NCBI GenBank assembly: GCA_002189035.1
Contig: NEEC01000004.1
Coordinates: forward strand, 5,332,001 to 5,396,000
Direction: 5' to 3'
Source: Utricularia gibba
Lineage: Eukaryota; Plantae; Magnoliophyta
DNA length: 64,000 bases
In this document: one piece after another, positions 13,893 to 26,733 of the stretch
Layout: each line of letters starts with the position of its first letter
Position numbering within the stretch: the stretch's first letter is position 1
Position numbers and translations under genes: made by a program
Notes under the pieces: generated by a model
The model's input: only the letters and a program-made list of their open reading frames with translations
What the model was told of the DNA's origin: nothing
Databases searched by the model: none

Positions 13893-14167
13893 ACAAGAAA
13901 CAAGACAACAAATGCCATCTGTACGTGTCATTTAACAAACAACTGTCCCATTGAGGTATCATAACATTAACCCATGTGAAAAGACAGCATTTTTTTGTCC
14001 TGATTTTAGGGTTTAGGGTTTAGGGTTTACGAAGATACCGTGCCTGCCGTTAGAAAGAAACAAGACAACAAATGCCATCTGTACGTGTCATTTAACAAAC
14101 AACTGTCCCATTGAGGTATCATAACATTAACCCATGTGAAAAGACAGCATTTTTTTGTCCTGATTTT
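13867..14167 (+). repeat. Direct tandem duplication (13867-14007 and 14028-14167) bridged by interstitial telomeric repeat (TTTAGGG)3TTT at 14005-14028
   Basis: The two copies are identical except for one C missing in copy 2 (TTAGACAAG vs TTAGAAAG). The junction reads TGATT-TTAGGG TTTAGGG TTTAGGG TT-TACGAAG. Confidence 0.97.
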
Positions 14168-14538
14168 TTTGTGTCTTATTCTATACAAGTTACCTCATGA
14201 CAAAACGGAACCATGTCCTAAACCATTACATCATCATCAAATAGATGGTGGACAATAGGCATGGTATGGCAGCTCTTGTTAAACTTGATGGCAAATGATC
14301 AGGATAACGAAAAAACGTCTAATAAGCATAAACGCCGTCACAATTCCAAACCTGTTAGCAGGAGCATCTCTTGCCTCTCTATCAGATGCAACATTCCAGC
14401 CCATGGTCCAAGCAAAGGCTATGACCACGAGGCCACTATCTGTACACACATCAACATTTCAGGAGCGCAGCTCCAGAGATCCACTGTTATGGCACAAGCA
14501 AAGGCCCTGTGTGTAATGAAAGCCTACGAAAACAGGAT

Positions 14539-15877
14539 TTAGTGCTTGTAAAAGACGATATCACGGCTACAGTTGGCCTTCAAAGCTTCTTCCAAGCCTT
14601 GTACACGATCAAAGTCAACTTTGAAAGTGATCATTGTAACATTTTCTTTCCCTGTTTCGTAATCCTGCTTGATATCCTCCACTTGAAAGGTCTGAAGCTG
14701 CCATAGAATAGTCATCACTAAGAAAATAAGCTGCATAACGTAAATCAAAATGCAATTTATAGATTTGGATTTTAAATGACAACAAAGATACACTTGAGCT
14801 GTTAATACGAGGTGAAACTCACCTGGTGGTACAGAACTCCCAGAAGATCAAAAGGGACCTCCAATCCCATTGGAACCTACAGATGGAAGAAAAAGTTGAC
14901 TCAAAAAATCCAATGCCAGCACATGGAAAACATGGATCTTTACAAGTTTCAATGAAAATGTGGATGACTAAGGAATCAGATCAGGTGATCAGGAGAAAAC
15001 AGAAAAACTAAACAAATTGACTACCTTGGATTTTACCAAACAAGTTGGGGCATTTTTCAAACATTCTGCAGCCACCCCACCATAAGCTCTAACTAATCCT
15101 CCTGTTCCTAGCTTGATTCCTCCAAAATATCTTCATAAAAAGAAAGGCATTTTACAACAAAAACAAGCATAAGATTCAAGCATAACCGGGCGCTCACACG
15201 TTGTAGCTGTTATTACCTGATAACAACCACCATAACTCTATCCAATCCTGAAGAAGCAATTGCAGAATGTATTGGCTTGCCGGCGGTGCCAGATGGTTCA
15301 CCATCATCATTGCTTCGAAATTGATCTTGAATCTAAACGGCGTAAAGTCACAAAAGAAACCTGGTCATTCCTTTCCTCCAGTACAAGTGTTAATCAGCTT
15401 CCTATTTTACAACGAACAATCCCGCAAATCAATCAACACCCAGAGACAGTGAGGAAACCACGAACGGCGTACCTTGTACGCCCAGCAATTATGCGTGGCG
15501 CGAGGATCGCTTACCTATATAACACCAGGAAACAAAAAAAAAAAAAACATTTCTTTAATTCCAGCCAATGAAGCAGAAGGGGACAAAATATCTGCAGACC
15601 TCGGAAAGGAAGGAGAAGGCGGAGCGCTCATCTGAAACGGGCCCAGCGATCGCAATGAATTTACTCTTCTTAATCTCCCTCTCGAATCTAACCCTTTCGC
15701 TCAGCGTCGTAAACGAACCGATACTAGAATCATTTCTCGAAGTAGAGCTCATTGCGACCATCGCAGCTCTCCTTTCGGGGGATTGCTGCAAATCGGAATA
15801 TTAACCGGAACAGAAATCAGGAGCTGCTTGTGAAAACTAAGTCGGGGAATCAACGGTGATTTCGTAACCGCCAGCAT
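14539..15877 (-). CDS. IMPACT/YigZ (UPF0029) family protein
   Basis: [61 protein letters not shown], ending [11 protein letters not shown]. The in-frame ATG is 15761. An upstream ATG at 15877 joins only if one C is restored in a C5 run. Confidence 0.9.
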
Positions 15878-16285
15878 CACCACCGTCCCGGCGGTGCCAG
15901 CATGATATGATCCTGGTGTATCATATATGAATAAAGAAGAGATGCCACACATAAAACTTGCAGAGCTTGCTGGAGATGCGTTGCACTCACTGCCCTTCCA
16001 GTACTGCAGGAGGTCTACACCACTTCCACATGGGCTGAGCCCATTGAAAAATCAACTCAATAAGCCCATGCTACCAGGCCCAGATAACCTTCCGGGGGAA
16101 ACTGTAGTTTTCTTCTTGATGCTAGAATGTTATTTTTTTAGGTAAGCAGTTTAACCTAGAATCATGTTCACAGGAAATCCCAGTTGAGGACCCAGGAAAT
16201 CCATTCTCAAGGTGGTACTTATCACCTGCGCGAGTTCACTGCATATACAAAGAATCAGGAGGGTGGTGCAGGAATAAGCAAACGG

Positions 16286-17581
16286 TTAAGCTTCTTCGTC
16301 ACTGCCCAGGACCTGCGACTTGATCTGCTTCACTTTGTGAACTAACTCATCCCTATTTTCCTGCAGGGAAATCCACCGTGCCAGAAGTATAAGTCAGAGG
16401 AAGCAATAGAATGGAGTTACAAAACTGCTCCGGAATGAATTGGATAAACAGACCTTGAAGATCAAATAGCGAATGGTGAACCAAATTGAGTATCCTAAAC
16501 CCACTAGTTCCAATGCATTTGGAAGCTGTTGTAAAATGAGAGACCATCGTATTGGTAAGATGAACTTCTGTTGACAGTAATCACAAATAGACTAATCTAA
16601 GGGGTGGGAGAAAAGAGTGAGCTCACCAGTGGGATCGAATCAACGGCACCCACAACTCCTGCTAGTAATGAAAGAGCAACCACCCCACCACCACCAAGAA
16701 CAAGAAGTTGATAAGCGCTGGTGGTATCCAGCTGAAATTTTGGGAATAGATCAAATTTTAAGGGCATCATGGAAATAACAAAAATATCATCGTAAATGAA
16801 ATCAGGAGCAACTACACAATTTCCTTATGAACACCACTCTATAAGACTCATATAATACACTCGTTTGAAAAACAAAAGGCACGAGCTGTTTCTCATTGCG
16901 TAGAACCTAAGCGTAGAAAAAAAAAAAACTCCATCTTTTTTGTTTTAACAAGAGCAGCAAACCAGAGAAATACCTTTATGCCAAAGTCCTCCAGGAACTT
17001 AAAAAGAGACGGATTACCACTGGTCTCTTCTTCCGGCGGAGAATCGTAGCCTTCTTTAAGACCTGCCACCTTAGTCACCGGAATCCGGTTTTTCTCCTCA
17101 TTTTTTGCATACAAAGCGTTAACTGCTTCGGCTGTCTCATCTGTCACAATTGTTGTTACATCAGGCGCTGACATTAAATATAAATTGCTACGGAAACGCA
17201 GCCCTATAAAAAAAAAGAAAAACGTGTATAAATCATTTTTCTCCAGCATCTACGCCCACAAGCAAAAAACTAATCAACAGCACCGCCGTGGATGCGGAAT
17301 TTCAGGTAATGATGCAAAGTCAATCACACACCGAATTACAACAAAACCCAAAACAGTTGCTCCATTTGAGGCATTTACTAGTAGAAGCATGTACGAAACG
17401 ACTGAATACCAATCCATACTCAGCAGTTCTTGCAAAATCAACATTTACCACAATCAAAAAAGTTTTTTCCGTAGCCTTGAGTTCTCCGACAGCGAATCAA
17501 CGACTGAAACCGTGTCCGATTGGAATCGAAATCCGCGCCACCGGCGTAGGTCGCCGGAAAGTTCGAGACGCAGTGCGCCAT
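16286..17581 (-). CDS. CURT1D: CURVATURE THYLAKOID 1D-like (CAAD domain)
   Basis: Spliced product ...FLEDFGIK|LDTTSAYQLLVLGGGGVVALSLLAGVVGAVDSIPL|LPNALELVGLGYSIWFTIRYLIFK|ENRDELVHKVKQIKSQVLGSDEEA*. Transit-peptide-like exon 1 from 17581. Confidence 0.88.
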
Positions 17582-17858
17582 AACGACTTCGTGATTTCGT
17601 CGTTTACTGGATTAGGGTATAAGATGGGCTGGACTAATAGCCCATCAGACCTACACAGAGGCCTCTTAGGACTGTAGGCCAATAGAGAAGAAGAGGCTGA
17701 GTAGGATCCTAGTCATGTGCCCTATCACTTTCACGTCACCATTTATGAGATGATTAACGAAAATGTAGACAGCTGTGGTGTGTGTGATTTCGTATTGCTC
17801 CGATTTCTCCCTTTCGCTTTCTCCTCCGGTTTCTCTCTCCCCGTTTCTACGTTTTCCG

Positions 17859-19577
17859 ATGGCATTGACCAGAGAACAGTACCTGTACATGGCGAAGCTG
17901 GCGGAGCAAGCCGAGCGCTACGAGGAGATGGTCCAATTTATGGATAGCCTCGTACTCGGCGCTGCCGGTACGGAACTGTCGGTCGAGGAGCGTAACCTCC
18001 TCTCCGTGGCGTACAAGAACGTCATCGGCTCGCTGCGAGCCGCCTGGCGCATAGTCAGCTCTATTGAGCAGAAAGAGGAAGGGCGCAAGAACGACGACCA
18101 TGTGTCTCTTGTCAAGGGTTATCGGTCTAAGGTGGAGAATGAGCTATCGCATGTTAGTGCAGGCATTTTGAAGATCTTGGCTGAGAGCTTGATTCCGTCT
18201 GCGGCTGCAAGTGAATCCAAGGTTTTTTATTTGAAAATGAAAGGAGACTATCATAGGTACTTAGCGGAATTCAAGATTGGGAATGAACGGAAGGAGGCTG
18301 CTGAAGAGACCATGTTGGCTTACAAAGCTGCGCAGGTATTTTGATTAGGGATCTCATTTTTTATTGAATCAATTACCCCAAAAAATGTGACCTTTATTGA
18401 AGTGAAATTTGGTAGTATGAGCCTTGGGTTATTTCTAGGGCAAAGATTGGGACCCTAGGTTTAAGATCCTCTTTCCAAGTTTGTAGTTTTGATATAGTGG
18501 CAATTTTTGAAAGATTGGAAAGAATATTCTGCGAGTGAAAGTTGCAGTCAAACTGCTTTTTGTTTTACTCATGGAGTTCAAGTTAGCTTTCTTTTATTAA
18601 TTTATACTTTTTTCAAGAAATAAAATGCCTTAAAGTATTCTGCCTACTAGAATTGGATGTTTAATGCCACTATTCTCAGAATCATTGGCCGTTTGATGAT
18701 GCGATATGATCAGCCAAGTCTCATTGGTTGTAGAAAACGAATCACAAGGGGGAACTTGTTTAGTTGTGCTATGATACTGTCTCTTGTTTTTCTGCTTCAA
18801 CATCGTTAATGTGATGTGTTGCTAATAGGATATTGCCCTTTCTGATCTTGCTCCCACACATCCGATACGTTTGGGGCTGGCACTGAACTTCTCAGTTTTC
18901 TATTATGAGATCTTAAATGCTCCAGAAAAGGCTTGCAACATGGCAAAACAGGTATGTTTTTAGGTGTCTCACGATTATGTGATTCTTCATTTTTGTATTA
19001 GATTGATTAGATATATATATATATATCTCTTGTTATAACCACTCTAAAAACAACGTACTCACATTTATACACCCTTTTCTTTTGTTGCTTGCAAAAATTA
19101 ATTTCGTCCTTCTCTTGCAATGAAGGCTTTTGAGGAAGCCATTGCTGAGTTAGACACTTTAGGCGAGGAGTCTTACAAGGATAGCACTCTGATCATGCAA
19201 CTTCTGCGTGATAATCTCACACTTTGGACCTCAGATATGCAGGTAACCTGCTATTAGACATTTTGTTTTAAAAGAAGGAAATCGTTTAATGATTTGTTCC
19301 TGTCGTCTGGTTACCATGCATGCGCATAACTGGTATGAGCTTTCTATCATTGTTTCTTTAAAGAGCCAAAGAAGCTTTAATGTCAAAGTAATGCCGGAAT
19401 CTAGTTCCCTCAGCATGTCAGATTTCCCACTGACCCGAGTGTTGAATTATTATCAACTGTCTTTTTTACCGCCCACGAGCAAAGTCATTGCTCTACTCCG
19501 AGTGCGAGATCAACTATCCCAGTCTAACGTTCTTCTTCCCTATCATTGCGGTGCAGGACCAGATAGACGAGTCATGA
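17859..19577 (+). CDS. GF14: 14-3-3 protein, non-epsilon group (lambda/kappa-like)
   Basis: [60 protein letters not shown] and [15 protein letters not shown]. Four-exon layout with last exon DQIDES*. Confidence 0.97.
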
Positions 19578-19627
19578 GCCTGTGGCTTCACCTTCTCCTC
19601 TCGAAGCTGGGGATCCACTCTCACAAT

Positions 19628-19663
19628 CATCCATCCATCCATCCATCCATCCATCCATCCATC
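19628..19663. repeat. (CATC)9 microsatellite in the 14-3-3 3' UTR region
   Basis: Directly visible tetranucleotide run. Confidence 0.95.
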
Positions 19664-21878
19664 TATCTACCTATCTCTGCATGTACATGCCTGTGGTGGC
19701 TTCTGTTTCCATGCAATTGTGACACTCAACACTTGGCTATGCTCTCTCGTGTGCCCGCAGAATTCAGGATGAAAAGAATCATCTTCCTACTCCTATTAGG
19801 GAAACTGTTGTATGATGCTTGTTACACGTAACCTGCTGCTGCTGCTGGTTTCATAATCATGTTCCTCTTAATTCCTCTGCTAGTGTCTAATGGTTAGATG
19901 CAGTCTGAACATTTTTCAGGGCTCCCCGCCAAGCCAAGTGTACTCACCCGATCCTCCCAGAATCTGGTGGCAGCCGGCGGGAACAGATTTGACTGGGCAC
20001 ACCGAATCCCTCCCCTTCTGGAAGACTTTTGACTCCCCAGGTGTCAGAGGAGAGGGAGGAATCTTACCGATGCCCCATCCCGATTCCTTCTCCCCAGAGT
20101 GACTACTAACTACTCATCCCATTCCCATTCTCCTCCCCTCGTCTTGTTTCTTTTCTGTGTGTGCTTTTACTCCTCCCCCCCATTTCTTCACCAGCTGGCT
20201 TTTACCCTCTCGAGATGCGTTTGACTCCCCAGAGCCACCGTTTACCTGCTGCCCCCTCCTCCACTGTATAATTTCAATCAGCCAATCGCTCACAGACAGA
20301 CAGGGAAGACAAGACCAGAAGCCAAGCCAGCGAGCCGTACCGCACGCGAGCCAGCCATTGGAATGAAAAGCCCAGAAGCGTGGCGGTAGGTCGACTACTA
20401 ACTGGAAAGAAATGCGGGTGTAAAAAGTACACGGATCTCAAAAAATAATATCAAACAATTACTGTTTTTTAAAATAAAATATTCTCGAAAAAACTTTTTG
20501 GAAATGGGAAGAAGATTTTCATCCATACATACATAAATGATAGGTAGGGGGAGACGGAGGGGCCCCACTTAGGGCACAGCTTTGGTGGTTTCCCAGACAC
20601 GCAGTATCATTATTCTCGCAATTATCTTTTTCTTATTTAATATAAACAACTAAACTGTTCATTATTACTCCCCCTACGCTACTGCCCCTTTAATCCCCTC
20701 TATGCCAGCAACCATTATTTAAAAAATGAATATTTTAATTTAATTATGAAGATAATATAGGAATATATTTATAAAAGAACATATATTTAATTGATTAATT
20801 GTTAGTGAAATAATAAATATTTTATTTCTACCAAAATATAATTATGTACTCATTATATTTTAGTACAAAATAAATGATAAAAATATTAAATAAACAGTGA
20901 GATATGTAAATCATATTGGGAAGGTGGAATTTATACATTATTCTATAAATTTTGTTTTATTTAATGAATGCGAGATTTTAATATAATTATTAATATTTTT
21001 CATTTACTATTACTTATTAAAGATACCCGTAGAGATTTTATATAATTGAATTTAATAGAAAGAATTATTAAGATATTTATGCTAAATATAAAATTAGTTA
21101 CATATCTCCTTTGATGAAGCATATTGTGAATATACTGATTTTTTCACACTCTACCAAACATATTTGCATACTTTGGTGAGGGTAGACCTTAGCTTTGAGT
21201 GTCCAAATATGATATAGATATTAGCATGGAATAAAAATAGCAGTAAATTGCAATTAAGAAAGTACAATAAGTCTATAGTAGATGCATAGATAGACACATA
21301 AGATCAAATTTGTAGGCCTTAAAATCTAGTGCCAATCAGTTGATTATGTTACCTAATTGTATTTGATTATTTCATACACACAAAATCTACCCTATGTTGT
21401 GAAACCATGGTATCTTTTGTTCTAAGTCGAATTCGAAATATCGATTTGAATTAAGATTAAGGAATAAAATTGATTAAGAGATGAATAGTTGACATGAAAT
21501 TTATGTCTAAGATCCCATTGTGAAATTGTTGGATTTTTTTTCTGATTAGAGAATAATACTTTTTAGGAATTGCAATTGTTTATTATTTTTTTAAGGAAAA
21601 TAAATAAAGTTGTCTTTAATAGCCTAGAGACAAATCTATATTTCTACATAAAGCGCTTCATCTTCATCTTCAATAGTCCATTCAGGATCTCTTTCTTCTC
21701 ACCACTCTCCATAGAATCGCTTTCCTCTCCTTTCCAGTCTTCCCCCTTCGCTGGGTTTTTGCAGAAACGGCAGGAAATTAATGGAATCCTGAAAAGGCGC
21801 TAAATAGTATCTCAAAAATCGATTCTTTGTGAGAGTTTGATGTCTTGATTCACATTGTGGGTTTGGGGTGATTTTTCA

Positions 21879-23582
21879 ATGGATAAGGAAGATGGGAGCT
21901 TTGTCTGTGTTGAAGCGGACTTGCTTTGCGACGAAGAAGCTACAAGTCTTAGCTTCAATGATGGCGACGCGCTGTATGAAAAGGCCCACAAGCGAAACGG
22001 GACAGCGGGAACCAGTTGGTGCAATGACGGAGAAAAATGTGAGCAGGTGATCGATATGCCGTTTATTAGCGATGATTGTTTTGGGTGGATGATTGAGAGG
22101 GAGAAAGATTACTTGCCCAGAAATGATTACCTCGAGAGATTAAGGAGTGGGGAGCTTGACGCAAGTTCGAGAACAGAGGCGCTTGATTGGATGTTGAAGG
22201 TGAAGATTCAGTTTTTAACCACTATTGATTCGTGTTTTTCTTTCGGCATTGTTTATGCAACATGATCTATGAGCCCTTTTGTTATTTCATGATGGGCATT
22301 GTCTTTGTTGTTTCACTTTCTTCTTTGACGAACAAAAGTAAAAGCAGGAGGATGAGGATTCCTTCTTACTAGTGACTGCATTGCTAATTCCTATTCATCG
22401 CTGCCTATTTTCTGCTTCGGCATTCTTCTCAACTTCTGTCACTGTTCTTGGATTCCAGAAATCGGACAAGATTCCGGATTCTCTTGACTCACACTACTTT
22501 GTGATTTCCAGGCCTGTGTTCATCACAAATTTGGAGAAGTCTGTTTATATTCATCTGTGAATTACTTCGATCGATTCGTCTCGGAGTTTGATCTCCCAGT
22601 ATGTGAACTACATCTTCCTGATTTGTTCATTTAAACCTCTGCCTGCTTTGATTCATTGTTCTTTACCGAAGCAGGTGGGTAAAACGTGGGCTACTCAATT
22701 GGTGGCGGTTTCCTGTTTATTGCTTGCAGCCAAGATGCATGAGGTTGATGTGCCAAACACACTTGATTTACAGGTGAAATATGGCGTTGGAATCATTCAT
22801 CTTCCATTGTTACGTCATTCGGATTCGATCCCATCTGATCAGTTTACATTTCCTGCACAGTGTGGTCTTTTGGAACAGCCAGGGGAGCCAAGATTCTTCT
22901 TGTTTGAGTCAAGAACTGTCAAGAGAATGGAGATGCTGCTGCTCAACGTCTTGAAATGGAACATCAATCCCTGCTCCCCGTTAAGTTTCGTTGAGTATTT
23001 CCTCCAGAAGAAGAATTACAACCAACTTCAAACGCAGCAACTGACTGCCAGATCATTGCAGATAGTTGCAAGGGCAACCAAAGGTAGCACAACCCCTATT
23101 GATAGATTTATCCATTCTGGAAAAAAACAGCATTACCAAAGCTCGGTTCTTGGTCGAACACAGGGATCGAATTCTTGGAATTCAAACCATCCGAAATCGC
23201 TGCAGCTGTCACCAGTTACATCTCAGCAGAAATGCCGGCCACTCATACCGCAGCACAGTCTTGTTCCATTGGAACAGATAAGGTAGCAGAAATGAACTGT
23301 TTCCTCTCCTCCTTCGCTGCCCTTTTACCAAACTTATCTAATGACACCGATCATTGCGCCTGGCAGGAAAGAGTTACGAAGTGCTTAAAGCTCATTCAAC
23401 ATTGTTGCAGTGCAAACGCTGTTTCTTCATTATCATCGGTTACTAACAGCCCGAACGGCGTTCTGGAAGCGACCTTTTGGAGCGACGACGGTGCCATGGT
23501 GGGATCACGGAGAAGTTTTTCAGACAACGGTCCAGATGCCAAGAGGAGGAAGCTGGGTCAGCCTAGGACAAGCCCAGGGTGA
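21879..23582 (+). CDS. CYCD: D-type cyclin (CYCD2/CYCD4-like)
   Basis: LxCxE RBR-binding motif (LLCDE). Cyclin box R.EALDWMLK...VNYFDRF...WATQLVAVSCLLLAAKM...RME. EFKPSEIAAAV and C-terminal KRRKL. Confidence 0.93.
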
Positions 23583-24570
23583 GATTCATGAAATTTGAGT
23601 TCCTTTCGTTGGAGTTTTTGAATCCCAGATGAGTTCAAGATCAGATTTTGAGGATGGGAACGTGGATGGAGAACACTGTTCGGATCACGAACTGGAAACT
23701 GAGCACCGAACACCCCAACCTAGATGGCCCATTTCTGTGTTCTTTGTCCGAGGGAAACCCTGAATATTGGAAATTCTAATTTCATGAATTTTAAATTATT
23801 TAAGTACAATTAACGTGTCTTTTTTTTTCTAATATAAAAATAATTAATCTATTTGAGAAGCTCACGATCAAAATAAACAAGATTATGCACATTGCTTTTT
23901 ATGACCATTGAAACGAGAAGATGGCGGGAAACCGAGGCTGAATACGACGTCGGTTTGGCGTAGAGCAGGAGGCCCGCATCCCGTCTCTGATCGCTTGACC
24001 GGTCAAACATCCCATCCCAGTTCTTTTTTCCCATACGCATTCAATCTCAACAGCAACAACCAACAGGACGCTACGCGGATCAGCGCTCTCCTTTTTGGTC
24101 CTCCTCGCTTATTTCATTATTTTTTCACCAATTTGATGATAAAAAATATTTTTTAATTTTAATTAATATAGTTTTTATTTGTTATGCATACATAAATGCA
24201 AGGTACGAGTTGAGTCATATGTTGGGCCTTAGGATTAAATTGGGCCTCAGGACTAAATTGAGCCTCAGTTCATTCTTGTACCCAAAATGGGCTTTGTACC
24301 CGAAAGTACACAAAATGGGCCAACAGTGGTGATGAACAAAATGGACCCAATAATGGGCTCTATAAAAACATATAGAGCCCATAATTGAATCAAATTTGAC
24401 TATACAATAAACTGATAATTTTAAAATATTACTAAAAAGCCTTTTTGTACATGACTCGGGTCGAGGCAGTGCTTGAGCCACATTATTTGACCCGAGGTTT
24501 AATCGCATCGAATACAGTAATAAAAATATAGTATTTTTTAAATTCCGCTTATGCCCCTTGTTTTCTGTTC

Positions 24571-25550
24571 CTATCGGTGGGTTGCCTTCGACGGTCTTCT
24601 CCCGTTGGAGGAGCCCTTGGTCAAGCCATGGGAGCTTGAATTTTCGCACTCCCGTTTGGCCGTGGTGGAACCGGAGGATCCTGGGCCGAGATGGTCTCTG
24701 TGAGGGGCCGGAAAGTTGACCATAGAAGAGGACCTTCTCACCGGGGCTCCTCGTTGCACACCGCCGCAATCCGATAGTGATCGGTTAAATCACTGAGCGC
24801 TCTAAAATCTCCGAGATTCAGACCAATGGGTTTATCATCTTGGGGTGGAATAGAAATCAAGATCATATGGGGATCGGTTTCTCCATTCTGAGTGGTTTCC
24901 GTTTCTGCGTCTGTGTCTTGTTGACTGGTCGCCCGGTTTTCCGGCGGCGGCTGGGCTTCGACGGCGACAGCAACTGCGTTCACGGGGGTGCTCAAAATTG
25001 GAGCCCTGCACACAGGACAATTCTTGTGCGACCTTAACCATTGATCAATACACTGAGAATGAAAAGCGTGGCTACATTTAGGCAGAAGGCGGAGGCTCTC
25101 ATCTTCCTGAAAATCACTTAAACAAATGGCACAATCGCTTCCTTCGATCAACCCATCTCCCTTATGAAACCTGAAAATCAAAATCGATTCAATAATCGAT
25201 TGAGGAAGCCCAATCGTGCGAATATACCAAATCGGGTGATCCGCAATCGGCCCCTGATTCTCATCGATAAAATCCTGCCCCATCTCCGGCGCAGAGGCGG
25301 CCGCCGCGGCCCTCCTTCTCGCCCTCCTCAAACTTGATCGGAACCGTAGGACCGTGAAATAGGATAGAAAAACAAGCGCCCCGCCGAGAAGACAGAGAAC
25401 GATCAACAGCACCATAAAGTTCCCCGTTTTTCTATCCTGGTGCGGAGGCGGAGGCGGAAGCAGAGACGTGTGGCATTCATTTGGGTCGATATAACATTCT
25501 GCTTCCGTTCCTGGATCTCCAGGGAGAAGCTTTCTGGTGTAGAAAGGCAT
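24571..25550 (-). CDS. ATL-family RING-H2 E3 ubiquitin ligase, with an apparent -1 frameshift at 24743-24746
   Basis: Single exon with TM helix, GLPQSII (GLD-like) motif and RING-H2 CAICLSDF...[18 protein letters not shown]...CPVCR. The typical PVRRSSSM motif lies in the next frame. Confidence 0.92.
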
Positions 25551-26719
25551 GGAGGAGAGACGACCGGGGAGACTCTTCAGACAGTGGAATCCACACGCGT
25601 AGAAGCCTGAAAAAGGAGTAAGTTATCAATTCTTTGAAAATGAGGTTTTTCAGGTTGATTAAGTCAAACGCAAGGAGATTAGTTAAATAATCATCCAACC
25701 GCGCTTACTTACAGCATCCGTTAAATACTCCCCTACATGGTGGGCCCGCCTCCTTTCTAATATATGCTTTGTCGGTTATAAAATATTCTTAATTAATTTA
25801 TTATTCTCTAAATAATTCTTTTTTTCAAAAAAGTTATATTTTTTTATGGGGATGAATATGCAATTTTCCACATTGTGGGCCCCAGATTTTCATTCACCTA
25901 CCGTCAATCCGTCACATAATTGTTTTTTTTTTTTTGTGGCGGTTGGTGAAATTTGTTGGGATGTAGTGGTTTTACTTGTAGGTCACCTAAAACAGGACAC
26001 CGTGAGGATGACATTAGGGCATTGAATTTCAAATTATTTTGAAAAATCAGAATTCAAAAAATATGTATCTATGGATGTATCTGATATAAAAATTTGAATT
26101 TATTGATAATACAATTAAATTTATTATTTTATTTACATAATGAATTTATGGATATAAATAATAATTTGATTTTCGATGGGAATATTCAATGATTAAGCAA
26201 TCTCATTGGATAAGTTCAACGAATGGGCTAAAAATGGAGTGCGGCCCAGCGTATGGGCTAAATGGAATGGAGCCCAATTTGGAAAGTTTTTACAAAAGCC
26301 CACCTACTTCACTGCATGGACAGTTGGATTGTTAAATAATGTTAGTCGTCTGGATCCGTGTCTGCCCATCATCCTCGAATCCCTATCGTCCGTTTGGTGA
26401 ACCGAAAAGCACAATTTTAGAGATTTGGAGCCGTCCGATTCCGAAATTAATAAGCACACGGATAATGGTTCTTGGCCGTAGGATTACCCCTAGTCGTTGG
26501 AAGATCTCTTTATATACGTCTGAACCACCATTTCATCTGCCCTTTTCAGAATTCGCGTCGTTGATAACCGAAGTGGATCGTTCAAGATCTTGAGAGGTAA
26601 GTCGTCTTTTCCGACTTCTGATTTGTAAAATTGTTTGATTTTGGTTAACGCTTTTCCTGTGTTCTGGGTGGGCGGTAGGCGTTGATGGCGAAACGTTTCT
26701 TACGTTGAGTGTTGGATGG

Positions 26720-26733
26720 TTTAGGGTTTAGGG
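26720..26733 (+). promoter_or_regulatory. Double telo-box (TTTAGGG)2 in the 5' UTR intron of histone H3.3
   Basis: GGTTTAGGGTTTAGGG between a GT donor near 26598 and the AG acceptor just before the ATG at 26994. Site II (TGGGCY) elements lie upstream at about 26224-26275. Confidence 0.6.

Noticed and set aside
13867-14167. Direct repeats with a spacer considered as a CRISPR-like array or a mini LTR element
   Set aside because: Eukaryotic context, only two 140-bp units, no TG...CA ends, PBS or PPT, and the spacer is purely telomeric.
14261-14542. Overlapping short ORFs between PIG-G and IMPACT
   Set aside because: No family similarity; probably IMPACT 3' UTR.
20400-21550. AT-rich tract considered as a MITE or Helitron
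   Set aside because: I could not identify TIRs, a TSD or Helitron termini; treated as cyclin D upstream DNA.
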